Assembly (NCBI RefSeq): GCF_001194135.2
Contig: NC_068982.1
Span: forward strand, 192,316,924 to 192,380,923
Direction of reading: 5' to 3'
Source of the DNA: Octopus bimaculoides
Taxonomy: Eukaryota
DNA: 64,000 nucleotides
Shown: piece after piece, positions 37,071-50,650 of the stretch
Position numbering within the stretch: the first letter of the stretch is position 1
Layout of the letters: each line of letters begins with the position of its first letter
Notes under the pieces: generated by a model
Seen by the model: only the letters and a program-made list of their open reading frames with translations
What the model was told of the DNA's origin: nothing
Database searches by the model: none
Program-made: the position numbers and the translations under genes

Positions 37071-37929
37071 AATGAAAGATTTTAACTGGGATGTTGGATG
37101 ACTGTGACAATTTTATTCTCATAATGTGATTTGTCTTCTCAATGAATTGGTCCCCCTTAATACTGTCACCATCATCATCATCATCATCATCATCATCATA
37201 CTTAGCAAAATCCAGCATTTTTACATTTGCTTTCAGTTGGGAATCAAGCAAGTTTTTAGTCTTGGAGTAAAATGGACGAGAACAGGCTCCTTTCATAAAT
37301 TAAATATTTTTGTAGGTTGAAACAGGACATAAATCATTAAATGTAAGAAAGTTCACAAAGTTCTTCCTAGCCCTATATTGTAGTATGGCCTTTTCCCTTT
37401 TATCATCTGCTGTTGCTTCCACATTTCTTATGTATTGAGTTCCTTCAAGAATGTACCATTGTAGCCAGTAAGTCTGATGTTGAGTGTCAAGAATGATGAG
37501 ACACCATTTATCATTATTCTAATATTTCCAGAAATATGTTTATTTCAAAATCAATGTAGTCTTATTGTAAAGTGTTTATCCAAAACAATACCATGGTTAC
37601 AAGGGGTCCTTCATCTCCAAAAGCTTTATTCAACTGAACAACAAAACTTTTTCCATCCAACTGGAGACCATGTTAATTAGCATCACATGACCATTAGAGT
37701 GAGTCATGTGATGTAATTGTGTGAGGTATGCAATACTGCTTTACAAATACTGCAAAACATTTTCTATAACTTTCTAATAATTCTGCCAATGATGATGATG
37801 ATGATGAAGCCAAACACCCAACATCAATCTACGATCCATGATTACAGCTCAGTCAAAGAAAAAAGGCTGAGAAAAGATGTGTCATTTGAAAGATACCCAC
37901 TCTAGCTCACCCTAGTTTTCATCATCATG

Positions 37930-39340
37930 GTCCAGATACTTCTGCAGATACATCAGCCTCAGTACATGCCTGTGCATCATCAGTAATAGTATACTAAGTG
38001 GAGTGATTACAGCAGTTGGATGTCTTGACTGGTGGAACCTGTCCTTTCCATAAGAAGCAGAAAAGCATGCACTCCAGTTTGGTCAGATGTTTCTTAGGAC
38101 AGGGTATGACAGTTCAGCAATAATATGCCACCAAAGCAATGAAGACATTAGTTACTTATGCCTTGCCTTTCAGAGACAACTTCCTGCTGGAATGAAACCG
38201 GTTCCCCTGCTCACAACCTCTTCCAGGAGAGTTGGTTCAAACCAGACTGAGCACTTTACCTAGGCCCTCGGCAAAGCAACAGAACCTGCCCCTGGTCATC
38301 ATAGATTTGCCTCAATAAGAACCATGTTTAAAGCCGACCACCTTGTTCTGGTTGATGTCTTCTCTACACTCCTGGCATTCTTTCAGTGTAACATTTATCA
38401 CTTCTAAATCTAATAAAGCCTGACACTATGACAGTGACATCATCTGCATATGCCAACACGGGTCTCCTAGGACCCAGTTTAAGCAGGCTGCCCAACAGAG
38501 TCTCCATCCTCCTCAATGAAGACTCCAAAGCCAAAACATACAGGAAAGAGAAAAGGAAGGCAATTATGATGGCTCACACATTTGATGTCAAACAATTCAG
38601 TGATGTGGCTGTTTAATTTGACCGCCAAAAAGATGCTGAAATGCATTGTAGTGATCCAGCCTTTGAAGATGAGACTGAAACTGACTGCTCTTAAGAACAG
38701 CCACTAGGTAGTTATGGTCCATTCTGTTAAATGCTTTGAACTGGTCCAAATTGATCAGCTAAATCAATTCTTGATTCACTCTATGATGTATCACATTACA
38801 TGGTGGTTCTTGGAGATAATTCTTTGTTAACCCTAACAAACACCAGTCTCTCGACAAACACTTTTGCTGAAATATCTTCAACTCTGTGTTGAGCAAAAAG
38901 GTAGTCTGGAATTTTCTGCCATGTCCCCCTTGTTCAGGTCCTTCCTTGACAGCATCACCACTCTCCAACTCACTCAAGTGCTCCTGTTGAGTGTTTACTA
39001 CAACTTCCAGTTTGCTGCCAAGACAAGAGTAAAGAAGTCTGGCACTTGGAAATATAGCTCACAGCAGAGACCATCCAATCCTGTTGATTTTCACCCTACA
39101 TGGCTGCACCGAATGCCTGCCTCTCCGTTAGCTGGAATCAGCTTTTTGCAGTCTTTTGTCCCTTCTTGCTCAAGTAGATATCAAAATCTACTTTTTCCAA
39201 CGCACATCATCAAGGACTGTAGTAAAGTGCTTCTTGAAAGCCATGCTTGTCTGTTTAGAATTGAAGAGTACGAACCTGATGTGATACACCATAGACTGAA
39301 TTCTAGTTCTGTTGCCAAGTTATATCTTCACCACCTAAGC
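37930..39340 (-). mobile_element. L1/Tx1-clade LINE ORF2 fragment, heavily decayed
   Basis: Minus frames give KSTGLDGL..ELY, KDLNKGD, SK(A)FDR.DH.YL.AVL, (A)YADD-like, INQNKVVG, RKLSLKGKA.V.N.FIAS and FLWKGQVP.V, in Tx1 RT order. Confidence 0.7.
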
Positions 39341-39388
39341 TCAAGCGAATGACTACAGAGAACTGGATGTGAGAATATAAGAGAATAT

Positions 39389-40677
39389 CATCATCATCAT
39401 CATCATCGTTTAACGTCCGCTTTCCATGCTAGCATGGGTTGGACGATTTGACTGAGGACTGGTGAAACCGGATGGCAACACCAGGCTCCAGTCTGATTTG
39501 GCAGAGTTTCTACAGCTGGATGCCCTTCCTAACGCCAACCACTCAGAGAGTGTAGTGGGTGCTTTTACGTGTCACCCGCACGAAAACGGCCACGCTCGAA
39601 ATGGTGTNNNNNNNNNNNNNNNNNNNNNNNNNNNNNNNNNNNNNNNNNNNNNNNNNNNNNNNNNNNNNNNNNNNNNNNNNNNNNNNNNNNNNNNNNNNNN
39701 NNNNNNNNNNNNNNNNNNNNNNNNNNNNNNNNNNNNNNNNNNNNNNNNNNNNNNNNNNNNNNNNNNNNNNNNNNNNNNNNNNNNNNNNNNNNNNNNNNNN
39801 NNNNNNNNNNNNNNNNNNNNNNNNNNNNNNNNNNNNNNNNNNNNNNNNNNNNNNNNNNNNNNNNNNNNNNNNNNNNNNNNNNNNNNNNNNNNNNNNNNNN
39901 NNNNNNNNNNNNNNNNNNNNNNNNNNNNNNNNNNNNNNNNNNNNNNNNNNNNNNNNNNNNNNNNNNNNNNNNNNNNNNNNNNNNNNNNNNNNNNNNNNNN
40001 NNNNNNNNNNNNNNNNNNNNNNNNNNNNNNNNNNNNNNNNNNNNNNNNNNNNNNNNNNNNNNNNNNNNNNNNNNNNNNNNNNNNNNNNNNNNNNNNNNNN
40101 NNNNNNNNNNNNNNNNNNNNNNNNNNNNNNNNNNNNNNNNNNNNNNNNNNNNNNNNNNNNNNNNNNNNNNNNNNNNNNNNNNNNNNNNNNNNNNNNNNNN
40201 NNNNNNNNNNNNNNNNNNNNNNNNNNNNNNNNNNNNNNNNNNNNNNNNNNNNNNNNNNNNNNNNNNNNNNNNNNNNNNNNNNNGTACGCATGCGTCATAC
40301 AGTCTGCCTTTTACTCTGAGTGAGAGTCCCTTTGTCGCCAGCAGGGGTAAGAGCTCTCTAAACTTTGCCCAGGCTATTCTTATTCTAGCAGCTACACTTT
40401 CAGCGCACCCACCCCCACTACTAACTTGGTCGCCCAGATAGCGGAAGCTATCGACTACCTCTAGTTTTTCACCCTGGAATGAGATAGAAGTTGTTTCCTG
40501 TTTGTTTGCAGTCTTTATTGCACCTGAACATCTGCCACAAACAAAAACTAACTTGCTAGTTAACCTGCCTTTGATGTTGCTGCACCTCTTATGTGTCCAT
40601 AGCTTGCACCGGGTACATCTTATAGAGTTACTACCTACTCCTTTTCTACATACTGAGCAGGGCCATCTACCTGAAGT
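39389..40677 (-). mobile_element. 5'-truncated RTE-type LINE insertion, copy C (young), with TSD and (GAT)n tail
   Basis: Open frame [49 protein letters not shown]...LEVVDSFRYLGD...AWAKFRELLPLL..KGRLYDACV; flanked by ATATAAGAGAATAT at 39375-39388 and 40678-40691; gap 39608-40283. Confidence 0.92.
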
Positions 40678-41035
40678 ATATAAGAGAATATAAGAGAATA
40701 TAAGAGTAAAGGAAAAACAGGAATATAAAACAATGCAAGAACAAAGGAACAAATAAGAGTATAGGAGAAAATAGGAGTAAAGGAAAATAAAGGATTACAG
40801 AAAATAGGTTTATAATCTGATATAAGAAGACAGAGAAGGATGGTGAAAGAAAGAAAAAGAATAGAAATTAAAATTATATTTTTAAAAATGGAGAGAAAAA
40901 GGAAAAGAAGGAAAGAGAAAACAAGGTAAAAAGAATAAAGATTTAATTGAGAAAAAAAAAACAGTAAAAAGTGGAAAGAGAGAATGAAGAAGAAAGAGAA
41001 AAAATTAGGGACAAAGAAAGAACGAAAGCCAAACT

Positions 41036-41735
<700 letters not shown>

Positions 41736-43319
41736 TGTTTGAGAGGGGAAAGAGGGAAAGGGAGTATGAAAGCCTAGAGTTGCAATATAAATTGACTTTG
41801 AAGCACATGACTACAATTTGCATTTAGTCGGAGAAAGAACGGAGGTGAAAGCCACGTAACGTTTCCTGGCTTCAAGGAACTTACACAACACAAAAATGAA
41901 TGAATAATTAATTTTTAGTCTGGAAACGAATGATTCGGATATAAATGGCTTTTGTTTGTTTTTAATAATTTTTAAAAATTGTTAAATTGTGTGTGTGTGT
42001 GTGTGTGTGTACACATGCATGAGAGAGAGAGGAAAAGAGAAGAAGGGTGGGGAAGAATGATTGTAAAAAAAAATTGCAATTTAAATGAATTATTTGCTTA
42101 GTGGTGATGGTGGTGTTTGGTAAACATGAACTAATAGTAGCAGATTTATTATTAATGATGATAAGGCTAACGAGATGAAAGTTGGGCAAATGATTGTTAT
42201 TTTCTTTAGCCTTAAAAAAAAAGGAGAAGGTTCTTCTAGCCTATCCTAATCATTAGGTCAGAGTTGAGATGCTGTGTGGACTCTTCAAGCTATCATACAG
42301 TCACATGGTATCTGAAATCCAGTATGAGTCAACATGAGAGGTTCCACAGAGTCACTCAACTTGTAAGAAACAGCAATCCCTCCAATTATCATCTTAAAAA
42401 AGATTCAACTGTCCTCAAGCTAAACAAAAAATACCTTCTAAAAGCCAAAAGTCAACAACTTGAAGAATACAACCAGAAATTCTTGGGCAAAAAGAGGGGA
42501 CAAGGACATTTTCTCTTTTTAAAAGGTTTAGTATCATGAAGGGTCTCTACTGATGATCTCCCTGTCGTCACCCCAGCAAATTTAGTGGAAGTGATAGAGA
42601 TAAAAAGTAGACTGATGATAACAAAAATTTCTTTCTAAAATAAAGCATTTTTCACCTTCACCCCCTTCTTCCTCTCTTTTCGCTCATTCTTCTTCACTGA
42701 TTTATTCCCTACGTTTCACAGATAAATTGAATACCTAAGGATCTTGTGGACAAGATATTTCAAAACAGAATACATTAGAATTGTTTCACATTACTTTCTC
42801 TAAACTTATTTATTACAAAAGACTTGAATTCAAAACACAAAACTAATGAAAATTACTAATAATTATAGTTACAGTATCTTCGTTTTGTGGTCAACTGTAT
42901 TTTGGGAGGTGTGAGTAGAGGATTTTGATCCAGAGTCCTCCACTTACACTCAATTCAACCAGTACTAGATTATTTTAGCATATTGTTATTACAGGTGAAT
43001 TATTTCTAGCTGATCAAGCAACCATGTAGAGATTCCTTTGTTGGCACGGAAATCAAATGAAACAAGTTGTTATCTGTGCTTGTTGTTAGGTCACTTTTTG
43101 ATGATGAACTGTCAAGTTAGCAACAGCTGAGCTCAATAGAATGTGGCCAACCACAATAACTGTGTGTCAATGGTAAGGTCTCACCACTGTAAAAACAGAC
43201 ACTGAAAAACATTAACAATCAAAACAACTCAGAAAAGAAGACAAAGACAGAGCAGGTGACACGCAAAAGACATAACATAAGCATATATAGAAAACATATG
43301 TGTAACTTATTAACAGGCA

Positions 43320-43474
43320 GTACCCAGTACACTCTGTAACATGGTTGGCATTAGGAAGGGTATCAAGCCATAGAAACCATACCAAAGCAGACAACTAGAG
43401 CCTAGTGCAGCTCTTCAGCTTGTCAGTTCCTGTCAAACCAGCCAACCCATGTCAGCATGCAAAACAAATGTTAA

Positions 43475-43505
<31 letters not shown>
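43320..43505 (+). mobile_element. (GAT)n-tailed retroposon 3' end
   Basis: catggttggcattaggaagggtatcaagcc...gccaacccatgtcagcatgc...(GAT)11. Confidence 0.8.
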
Positions 43506-43509
<4 letters not shown>

Positions 43510-43875
43510 TATATGCGAATCCTTAGAGCTTTCAACGATACAAAAAATGATGAAAACCTTGACCCTGTCATTCAAACTGCAAGAAATAGAAATCAAATTC
43601 TCTTCAAAGCACACTTTATAATCTTCAAAAAAGTAGGACACGTTAAATAATGTATTTCTAAATTGTATGTCTGCTGCACAAACAGCAAGAAGTAACTTTA
43701 CTCATCCTTTTTACATCCTCAATTGTTTGGATAGTCTGCCTCAGAACAAAGAGATGAAGGATAACCAACTCAAACCAATCAAACTGAACATCTCTTACCA
43801 GGCTACAGAACCATGACAAACCACTTTCTCTGACAGAATTGACTGGAACTTCAACATCAACAGTTTGATATTTCA

Positions 43876-44039
43876 CCCTTTAGCATTCAGATTATTTATT
43901 CACATTGTTTTGAATTAATCAATGATGATGTGATTGCATATCTTTTGGAATGAAATTGCAGAGTAGGTATGAAAGGCTGAATCTAACCAGTTTGAACAAA
44001 ATTTTGGGGCCAGATATGGCTGGTTTAAATGCTAAAGGG
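43876..44039. mobile_element. piggyBac-like MITE
   Basis: TTCA|CCCTTTAGCATT ... AATGCTAAAGGG|TTAA. Confidence 0.7.
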
Positions 44040-44503
44040 TTAACATGATTGATATTGGGATGGCAGAAATAGAATGCAACCAGATTAAATATCCTCCAGG
44101 AATTTAGCTTAATCCACTAAATACTGTGAATCCAAAAGTGATTGAGGATAATACAATAGATATTGGAGAGTACTTCAATGAGCACTACTCATCTTTTAGA
44201 AATGACTAGGATGATGGTTGTGCATCTAGAAAAACAGACAAATAAGACAAGCACTGTAAGTTAAGAGGAAGAAATGTGTCAGTGATCTAAGTTCAATTCC
44301 TAGCCACAGCTAGTTCTCATATTCAATACATTACACCCACCTACACACACCATCGCTCTACCTTCTCAGATCAATAGAACCAGTCAGAATTAGTAATGGA
44401 AACATTTAAACAACAACAAGCAATTGATTTTGTGTTACTTGAGAGCGGTGACTTTATAAATATTTCTCTTTATAATATACGTACATATATATATATATGC
44501 AGT

Positions 44504-44840
44504 GAAGGTGCATGGCTCAGTGGTCAGAGCATCGAACTTACAACCATGAGGTTGTGAGTTCGAATCCTGGACCGGGCTGCATGTTGTGTTCTTGAGCAAG
44601 ACACTTTATTTCACATTGCTCCAGTTCACTCAGCTGTAGAAATGAGTTGCGACATCATTGGTGCTAAGCTGTGTCAGCCTTTTCCTTTCCCTTGGACAAC
44701 GTCGGTGGCATGGAGAAGGGAGGCTGGTATGCATGAGCGACTGCTGGTCTTTCATAAACAACCTTGCCCGGACTTGTACCTCGGAGGGTAACTTTCTAGG
44801 TGCAATCCCATGGTCATTCGTGACCGACGGGGGTCTCCGA
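44504..44840 (+). mobile_element. tRNA-derived SINE with MetaSINE-like central domain
   Basis: A-box TGGCTCAGTGG, B-box GAGTTCGAATCC (~44557-44568), then tcttgagcaagacactttatttcac...ctcagctgtagaaatgag; flanked by (TA)n. Confidence 0.8.
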
Positions 44841-45079
44841 TATATATATACACGAAATGTCAGAGCTTATATGTCCATGGCCATTGGACTCTGATGAATT
44901 GTCTATAAGGCTAAATGCTTTATGCTTAGTGAAGCCATTGGTCACTCTATGACCGGCATATAATTTAACTTCCTATATACACACACACACACATATATAT
45001 ACATGGCCATCTTAAACTGCAGGCTCCTTTCATTCAGATCCCTTGGCACTTCTTCCCCACCTCTCTCGTCCTTCATGTG

Positions 45080-45297
45080 TACCAAATGCCCATACCAATA
45101 CAGTCTTCTCCATGTAAACTACATCTGATTCCGATTATAACCAGTTTTTCTCTCAACTCATTTGTATTATGTCTACCATGGACGCTAACACTGCATGTGT
45201 TCAGTGGGTTATACTTGCTTTTTTCCTTTCTAACTTTCACACTGAATACCCAAGCTTCACTTAACTGTATACAGTATACGCAGCCTACACTATACAC
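45080..45297. repeat. 218-bp segment duplicated at 54842-55059
   Basis: Base-for-base identical on my reading; sequences diverge immediately after ...ctatacac. Confidence 0.9.
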
Positions 45298-45357
45298 AAT
45301 GTCCATGTCAGCACCATCTATTGCCTGCAACAGCGATACAATAACAACAGCAGCACT

Positions 45358-46440
45358 GCAGAATGTCCCCGCAGAGGACCATGCTCAGGTAGGACCACTG
45401 CACCCACCTGCAATGCCTTTGTGATCGCTTCAGACCGGCCAGTGTGACAGTTTGCAAGACCCTTGGCACTGGACAGTGACCCATCAGCAACGACTCAGTA
45501 CAACGTCGACTCGCTGCTAACAACCTGCATTGCCATCGTCCTGCTTGAGGGCCTGTCCTCACCGCACTCCACCATCAGGTATGACTACAGTGGGCTACAC
45601 AGCATCGACATTGGCAGCATCAACAATGGAGATCAAGATTCTTCTCTGACAAGAGCTGGTACTGCGTTTCTACCTTGGATGGCAGAGTGAGGGTGTGGTG
45701 TAGGAAGAGTGAACGCTACAGAGACACATGTGTCATGGAGAGAGATGCATGGGATGGCCAAAGCATCATGGTTTGAGGTACGAAAGGCCTGAATCAGAGA
45801 ACTGGGCTCCATGTGTTCCAAAATGTCGGTGCAGGCAGAGGGAATGGCCTCACAGCACAGGGCTATGTTGACCAGATCCTGAGACCTCACATTGTGCCCT
45901 TCTTTATGCGTCACCATAGCCATGTGTTCCAGCAGGACAATGCTCCCTCCCACTCAACCAGGTCACCATGGACTTCCTGCATCAGCACAACATCAGAACC
46001 ATGCCATGGCTGGCTCTCAGCCCGGATTTGAACCCAATTGAACACCTGTGGGATGAAATCCAGAGATGTCTGCACCAGGTGGTCCCAAGGCTGACAACTC
46101 GTGTGGTGTGGGCACAGGTGCCAATGGCTTTTGTGAACCGCCTCATGCACTCCATGTACTGACAGTGTATGGCTGTTTTGAACACCCAGTGGGGGGAGCA
46201 TACACAGTATTGAACATATCACACTCTACAATCTCGATATGCTGGATCTGCACACTACCAGAACACATGACAATGACCCATAGGCTGTGGTCGAAGTGCA
46301 TCCAAGAATTTGACTTTATCAGATTTATCAAACTGTGAAATATGTTTTAATTTCATTATGTCAGAGATAATCTCTGACATAATGAAATTAAAACATATTT
46401 CACAGTTACACACGTCTCATGTTTCTTTTGCGGTTCAGTG
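45358..46440 (+). mobile_element. Tc1-like (DD34E) transposon, 5'-truncated, pseudogenised
   Basis: CDRFRPASVT...LQWATQHRHW..QW..FFSDKS..DGRVRVW; GLTAQGYVDQILRPHIVP; FQQDNAPSH; WLALSPDLNPIEHLWDEI; right TIR ...GTTTCTTTTGCGGTTCAGTG. Confidence 0.9.
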
Positions 46441-47251
46441 TGTATAAAAATATATGTGTTTAAATGTAAAAAGGTATGTGTGTGCATAATGGTGCTTCTG
46501 TGTAAAGTAAAACTGCAAAAAATGTAAGGATGTTCAGAAAAGAGCGAGAGAAGAGGAAGATCCTCCTCTTCTTGTCAATCCAAGCCAACCAGTGTCATAA
46601 ATAGAAACATAAACCAACATGGAAGTTTCCACGTTGGTTGATTGACACACACGAGAGAAGTTGCAGCCAAATCACAGTTTATTAAAACAAGGGAGAAAAG
46701 CACACTATCTGAAAATGAGTTGGAATGGTCATAACTGGAACGCTTTGCTTATTATAAGTCTGTTTGTTCAGACCAGGAGCTACAACAACAACAACAATGT
46801 ATGTCTCCTATGGAAGCTCAAATCATACTCGAGTGTCACACTTGGCTGAATGATAAATCCAAATTAAATTGTGTGACATTAGATTGCGAAACATGTCAAC
46901 TAAATTCTACAGGATCTTCTAATATCCACTGCTTAGTCTGGTTTTGTGGTGTTAAGCTTAAGGGGAACAAATATACAAATAAGGCACCAGTCCATTTTAG
47001 GTACCATTACTAGACAACTTAGTATTCACTCCCCCATAATAACCCTAAATATTTCAATTGTAGGTTTAAACTCATAACTTTCAAAATGAGGAAGTAACCA
47101 TCCATTTCACCTTAATGTCATTTCATAATTTTATTTGCTTATCAAGAGAAGTAAGGACAGCAACCCCAATACATGGCCTTTCACAAGATTGCAGAAACTG
47201 GTGAGAAGGAGGATGTAATCTTCAAACTGGAGACTGAGTCGAAATACTTAC

Positions 47252-47331
47252 AATGGTGAAAATTTCACTAAATGCACCCAAGGACCAAGCGATGGTGTGA
47301 AATGATGGAAATTAAGTCTACCATGCAAGAA
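47252..47331 (-). other. Weak candidate internal exon (FLHGRLNFHHFTPSLGPWVHLVKFSP)
   Basis: Minus-strand acceptor tatgtacttcacag|, donor |gtaagt, 80 nt open in one frame; no partner exons identified. Confidence 0.2.
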
Positions 47332-50099
47332 CTGTGAAGTACATAGAGTAAGTAGCTTAATTTCAGCCTAACTATGGACCATGTGACTGGAAACAGACCA
47401 AAGTGACTAGTGAAGTCATAAAGCAAAATGAAAAGACAGCCCAACAAGCTAGCCTCCACATTGCCACTAAATCTGCTAGAAAAAGCAACCAATTTTCTCT
47501 CCCAATGCACTGAACTATCCTTAAAAAGGAAGGGTACATTGGATAATGTAATTCTAGATACACCAAGTACAGGAAAGGAAAACACTTTTAGCCACAGGTA
47601 TGCCAAATCAAGCCCATAAACAGAATCAGGCTGAACCCTTGTAGGGAGCCACCATAAGCCATACTTGAAATTTATCTACCTATGCAGGTGTTAATAAGGG
47701 CTTTTGTAAAAGAATTGGAGGTTGCTTATATATGCAAGTCACTCCTCTCTACCCAATTAGTGTTGTTCAAGGGAGAGATCCCTATTTTAGGGCCAATACA
47801 ACTTGACACAAATGTTAACTTCACAGACTTACAAATACTATCAGGCACCTCACCCAACCCTTTAAGAGTCCTACCAAACCAGGGTTCATGGATTGGTTTT
47901 TTTTTTCTGTTGACCCTGAAAGGATGAAAGACAAAGTAAACCTTAGCTAGATTTGAACTCAGAGTGCACAATTAACCTCTTCAGCAAATTTCAATAACTA
48001 ACAGGAGTCCCTATTTGTGTGTGTGTGTGTGTGCGTGTGCGTGTGCATGTGTGTACAAGTGTCTGTCTTGTGTATGGGAGCAGTGTTCATAAGTGTGAAT
48101 TCTTAATTTGCACATGTCAAGTGCTGAGCAAATATTTTCATTATCAGCCATGAGGTCAAACTCCTATAAGTACTGGATGACCTATTCTGGGCTAAAGAAC
48201 GGAATTCAGGATAGGCAGATGGAAACACTTCATGTAACAGTCATCACTGGTTCCTTATAATATGTCTACATGTGTAACAAATAAAGCATAGCACAGTTTT
48301 GTGGCACAATTTACATTATGTTACCTGAGAGATTCTACTTGGTTAAAGTTTTCTATAATCTAGTTTATGATTCTTTTCTGGTTGCTTTTAGCCTTACCCT
48401 AACAGTCTAGACCTTGAATCTGTTTGGTAGAAGTAGAGAAGTAAATAACTCCTGTTAGCTAAGTAACAGGAGAAGCTAGCAATAAGAACAATTTAAAAGA
48501 ATGTAATAAAAGATTTCTTTAGCTGAACGAGTTTAAAACTTAGCCACAATCACAAATGAGTGTAACATTTATCCTACTTTCACTGTTTTAGGTATCCATG
48601 TAGTCAGGGACAGAGACCCTCTCAGCCCTCCTAACCTTGACTCAGTGGAGCATAGAGGATGTAACAACTGGAGGGAAGAAAAAGGACTGAAACAACAATC
48701 ACCTGCTATTCATTCTCAGCTAAGTAAACTGGACATGTGCTTTGCTCAAGAACACAATAAGCTGCCTGGTCTCAATCGAACCCACAGTTTTATATTTGTG
48801 AAGCCAACATCTGAATCATGTACTGTCATCTGTATGGAGAAAGATTATAAAAGAAATATGTAATGAAAAATTGCTTGTGACGACAAGAATGGTATTACAA
48901 CAACTAAAGGACAACATGGTTTTGGTGGCCAAGTTATTCTTCCTCAAAAATCCACAAGTCAAGTAATTAACTCCAGTTTTAGAAATTGTTAAGTAGGTGA
49001 CAATCTGATACTGAACAAGTTGATAATCTATTCTAGTTAAGTGCCCTACAAATAACCCCATGGTCAAGACACCCAAGTACCAACACTTCCATATAGCACG
49101 CTTGAACAATTGTGAAGATATTTTCACATGAAACCACTGGTAGCCTTGTTGACCAACAAATAATGAATATTTATTCATTGATGCTGTGTTGAGAAGTCAT
49201 TCTCACTGTTCAATATTAGTGTATATATATAAGCTAATATATAGAATAAATAATTGCCTTTCTAATAAATGGTAGATATAATTAAATGAGGTCACCTATA
49301 ACGACTCACTGATTCTATTATTGCCAGCAAATAGCGATCCAAGACAGATAGACACAAAATTAAATGTCACAAAAGAAAGCTTCTGTATAATCAATCAATC
49401 TGGTCCAATATAGCAACCAACTAACTCTACAACCAGTTTCCATGTTTAGAACGATGGACCATATTTTTGAAGCTTTAAGTATTAAGAGAGAAAAGGTTGG
49501 ACAACTGTTGAATGGAAACGGGTGTTTGATATTGGAATTACTTTATTTAGCTGTGATGTGAGGGCTACATGAGCAGAATTGACTAGGCTACAACAACAAC
49601 AATTTTAAATAGAATTACTGACTTCATCCTATCAACTCTAATTACTATACAGTGAAAATATTAATGGCTAACTATTTCAATTGGAATTATTATCTTACAT
49701 ACAGAATGTTTAAAATAAAACAGTAAAAGTTGTTGAGAGAATTGACAAAGAATTTGGGACAGAATATTGTTAGAAGGTGAATGGATGGTTAGATTGTCGA
49801 AGATGAGAGATGGAAATGCTAGCAGGGATAAGGGTAAGGAAGTTAAATCATATTCAGCTTAAATTTTTATTGCTTAACAATTTTTTTTACAAAAGTTACA
49901 AATGATGAGAAGTTAAAGTCTAATATCAACATTTCAAACCTTGGTGGGATCGTAAGGTTGAAATTTGGTAAGCATTCAGAAGTTCTTAAAATTGGTTTGT
50001 CCCTGTAGCTGGAAGGGAAAGGCATCGATAAACTAAAAAGGACATCTTTTCTTTTTATCATTTAATTGAAGGCAAATAGTACCATTGATCTTTCCACAC

Positions 50100-50650
50100 T
50101 CTTCCAGACGGGTCAGGTAGATACAGTTCATGCTGAATTTGAACTTCTTTACATCACTGTAAATCAAACAGGGGCAAAGGAGGAATTTCAAGGAGGCATA
50201 GTTCTAGGAAGGAAGAATTGGGTCACATTTATTATTATGTGGTCCTGAAGAAAGATATTTAGAAGGAAAGGCAAGAGGAGAGAAAGATACATTAGGTGGG
50301 CTTTGGCAACACTAAACATGAACCACATTGATATCAGAGGAACTACAACTGTCATGGGCACTGTCCCTTCTCTTCTTACCATTTTATGAGAATATGGAGA
50401 AGACCCAAGAAGTATTGTAATTATGATGTAAGGGTAAATGGAGGATAGAACATGTAAGTTGGCAACTAGTTGTTACGTAGGGCAATTTGCCAATCAGTTA
50501 AAGGATAATATTACAATCAAGTGTTTGTGTATAAGAGCTGCTCCATTGCCAGGTGTGTGAATGTTAATTATGTTCTGTAGAATATCAGCAAGTCTTCAAG
50601 ACTGAAGTATTTTTTGGTTCAGATGAAGAAGTCTGGCTATTTTAGTTATA
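50100..50650 (-). mobile_element. Old LINE (Jockey/CR1-like) 3' fragment
   Basis: FFLPRT..*NS...DVKKFKFSMNCIYL resembles the SFxPRTxxLWNxLP...FKxxVN terminus. Confidence 0.5.

Noticed and set aside
39462-40441. Long ORFs of 250-395 aa here and at 52471-53724, 36166-36746, 5394-5714 and 58086-58544
   Set aside because: They run through N gaps (poly-X) and microsatellites; not real coding sequence.
43658-43876. Minus-strand exon ending at CTG|gtaaga
   Set aside because: No acceptor; the upstream side is the TTAA MITE.
44504-44575. tRNA gene (A and B boxes), also at 13850-13915 and SINE heads
   Set aside because: No complete cloverleaf or acceptor stem evident; continues into SINE body sequence.
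47366-47517. HIATKSARKS resembling histone H3 LATKAARKS
   Set aside because: Only a short motif matches; flanks are unlike H3 and no histone fold follows.
49867-50061. Candidate exons on either strand (+ 49896-49967, 72 nt; minus YRDKPILRTSECLPNF...)
   Set aside because: Both strands are equally plausible, with no recognisable homology or partner exon; cannot be supported.
50066-50382. Protein-like ORFs on both strands
   Set aside because: Better explained as the 3' end of an old LINE on the minus strand.
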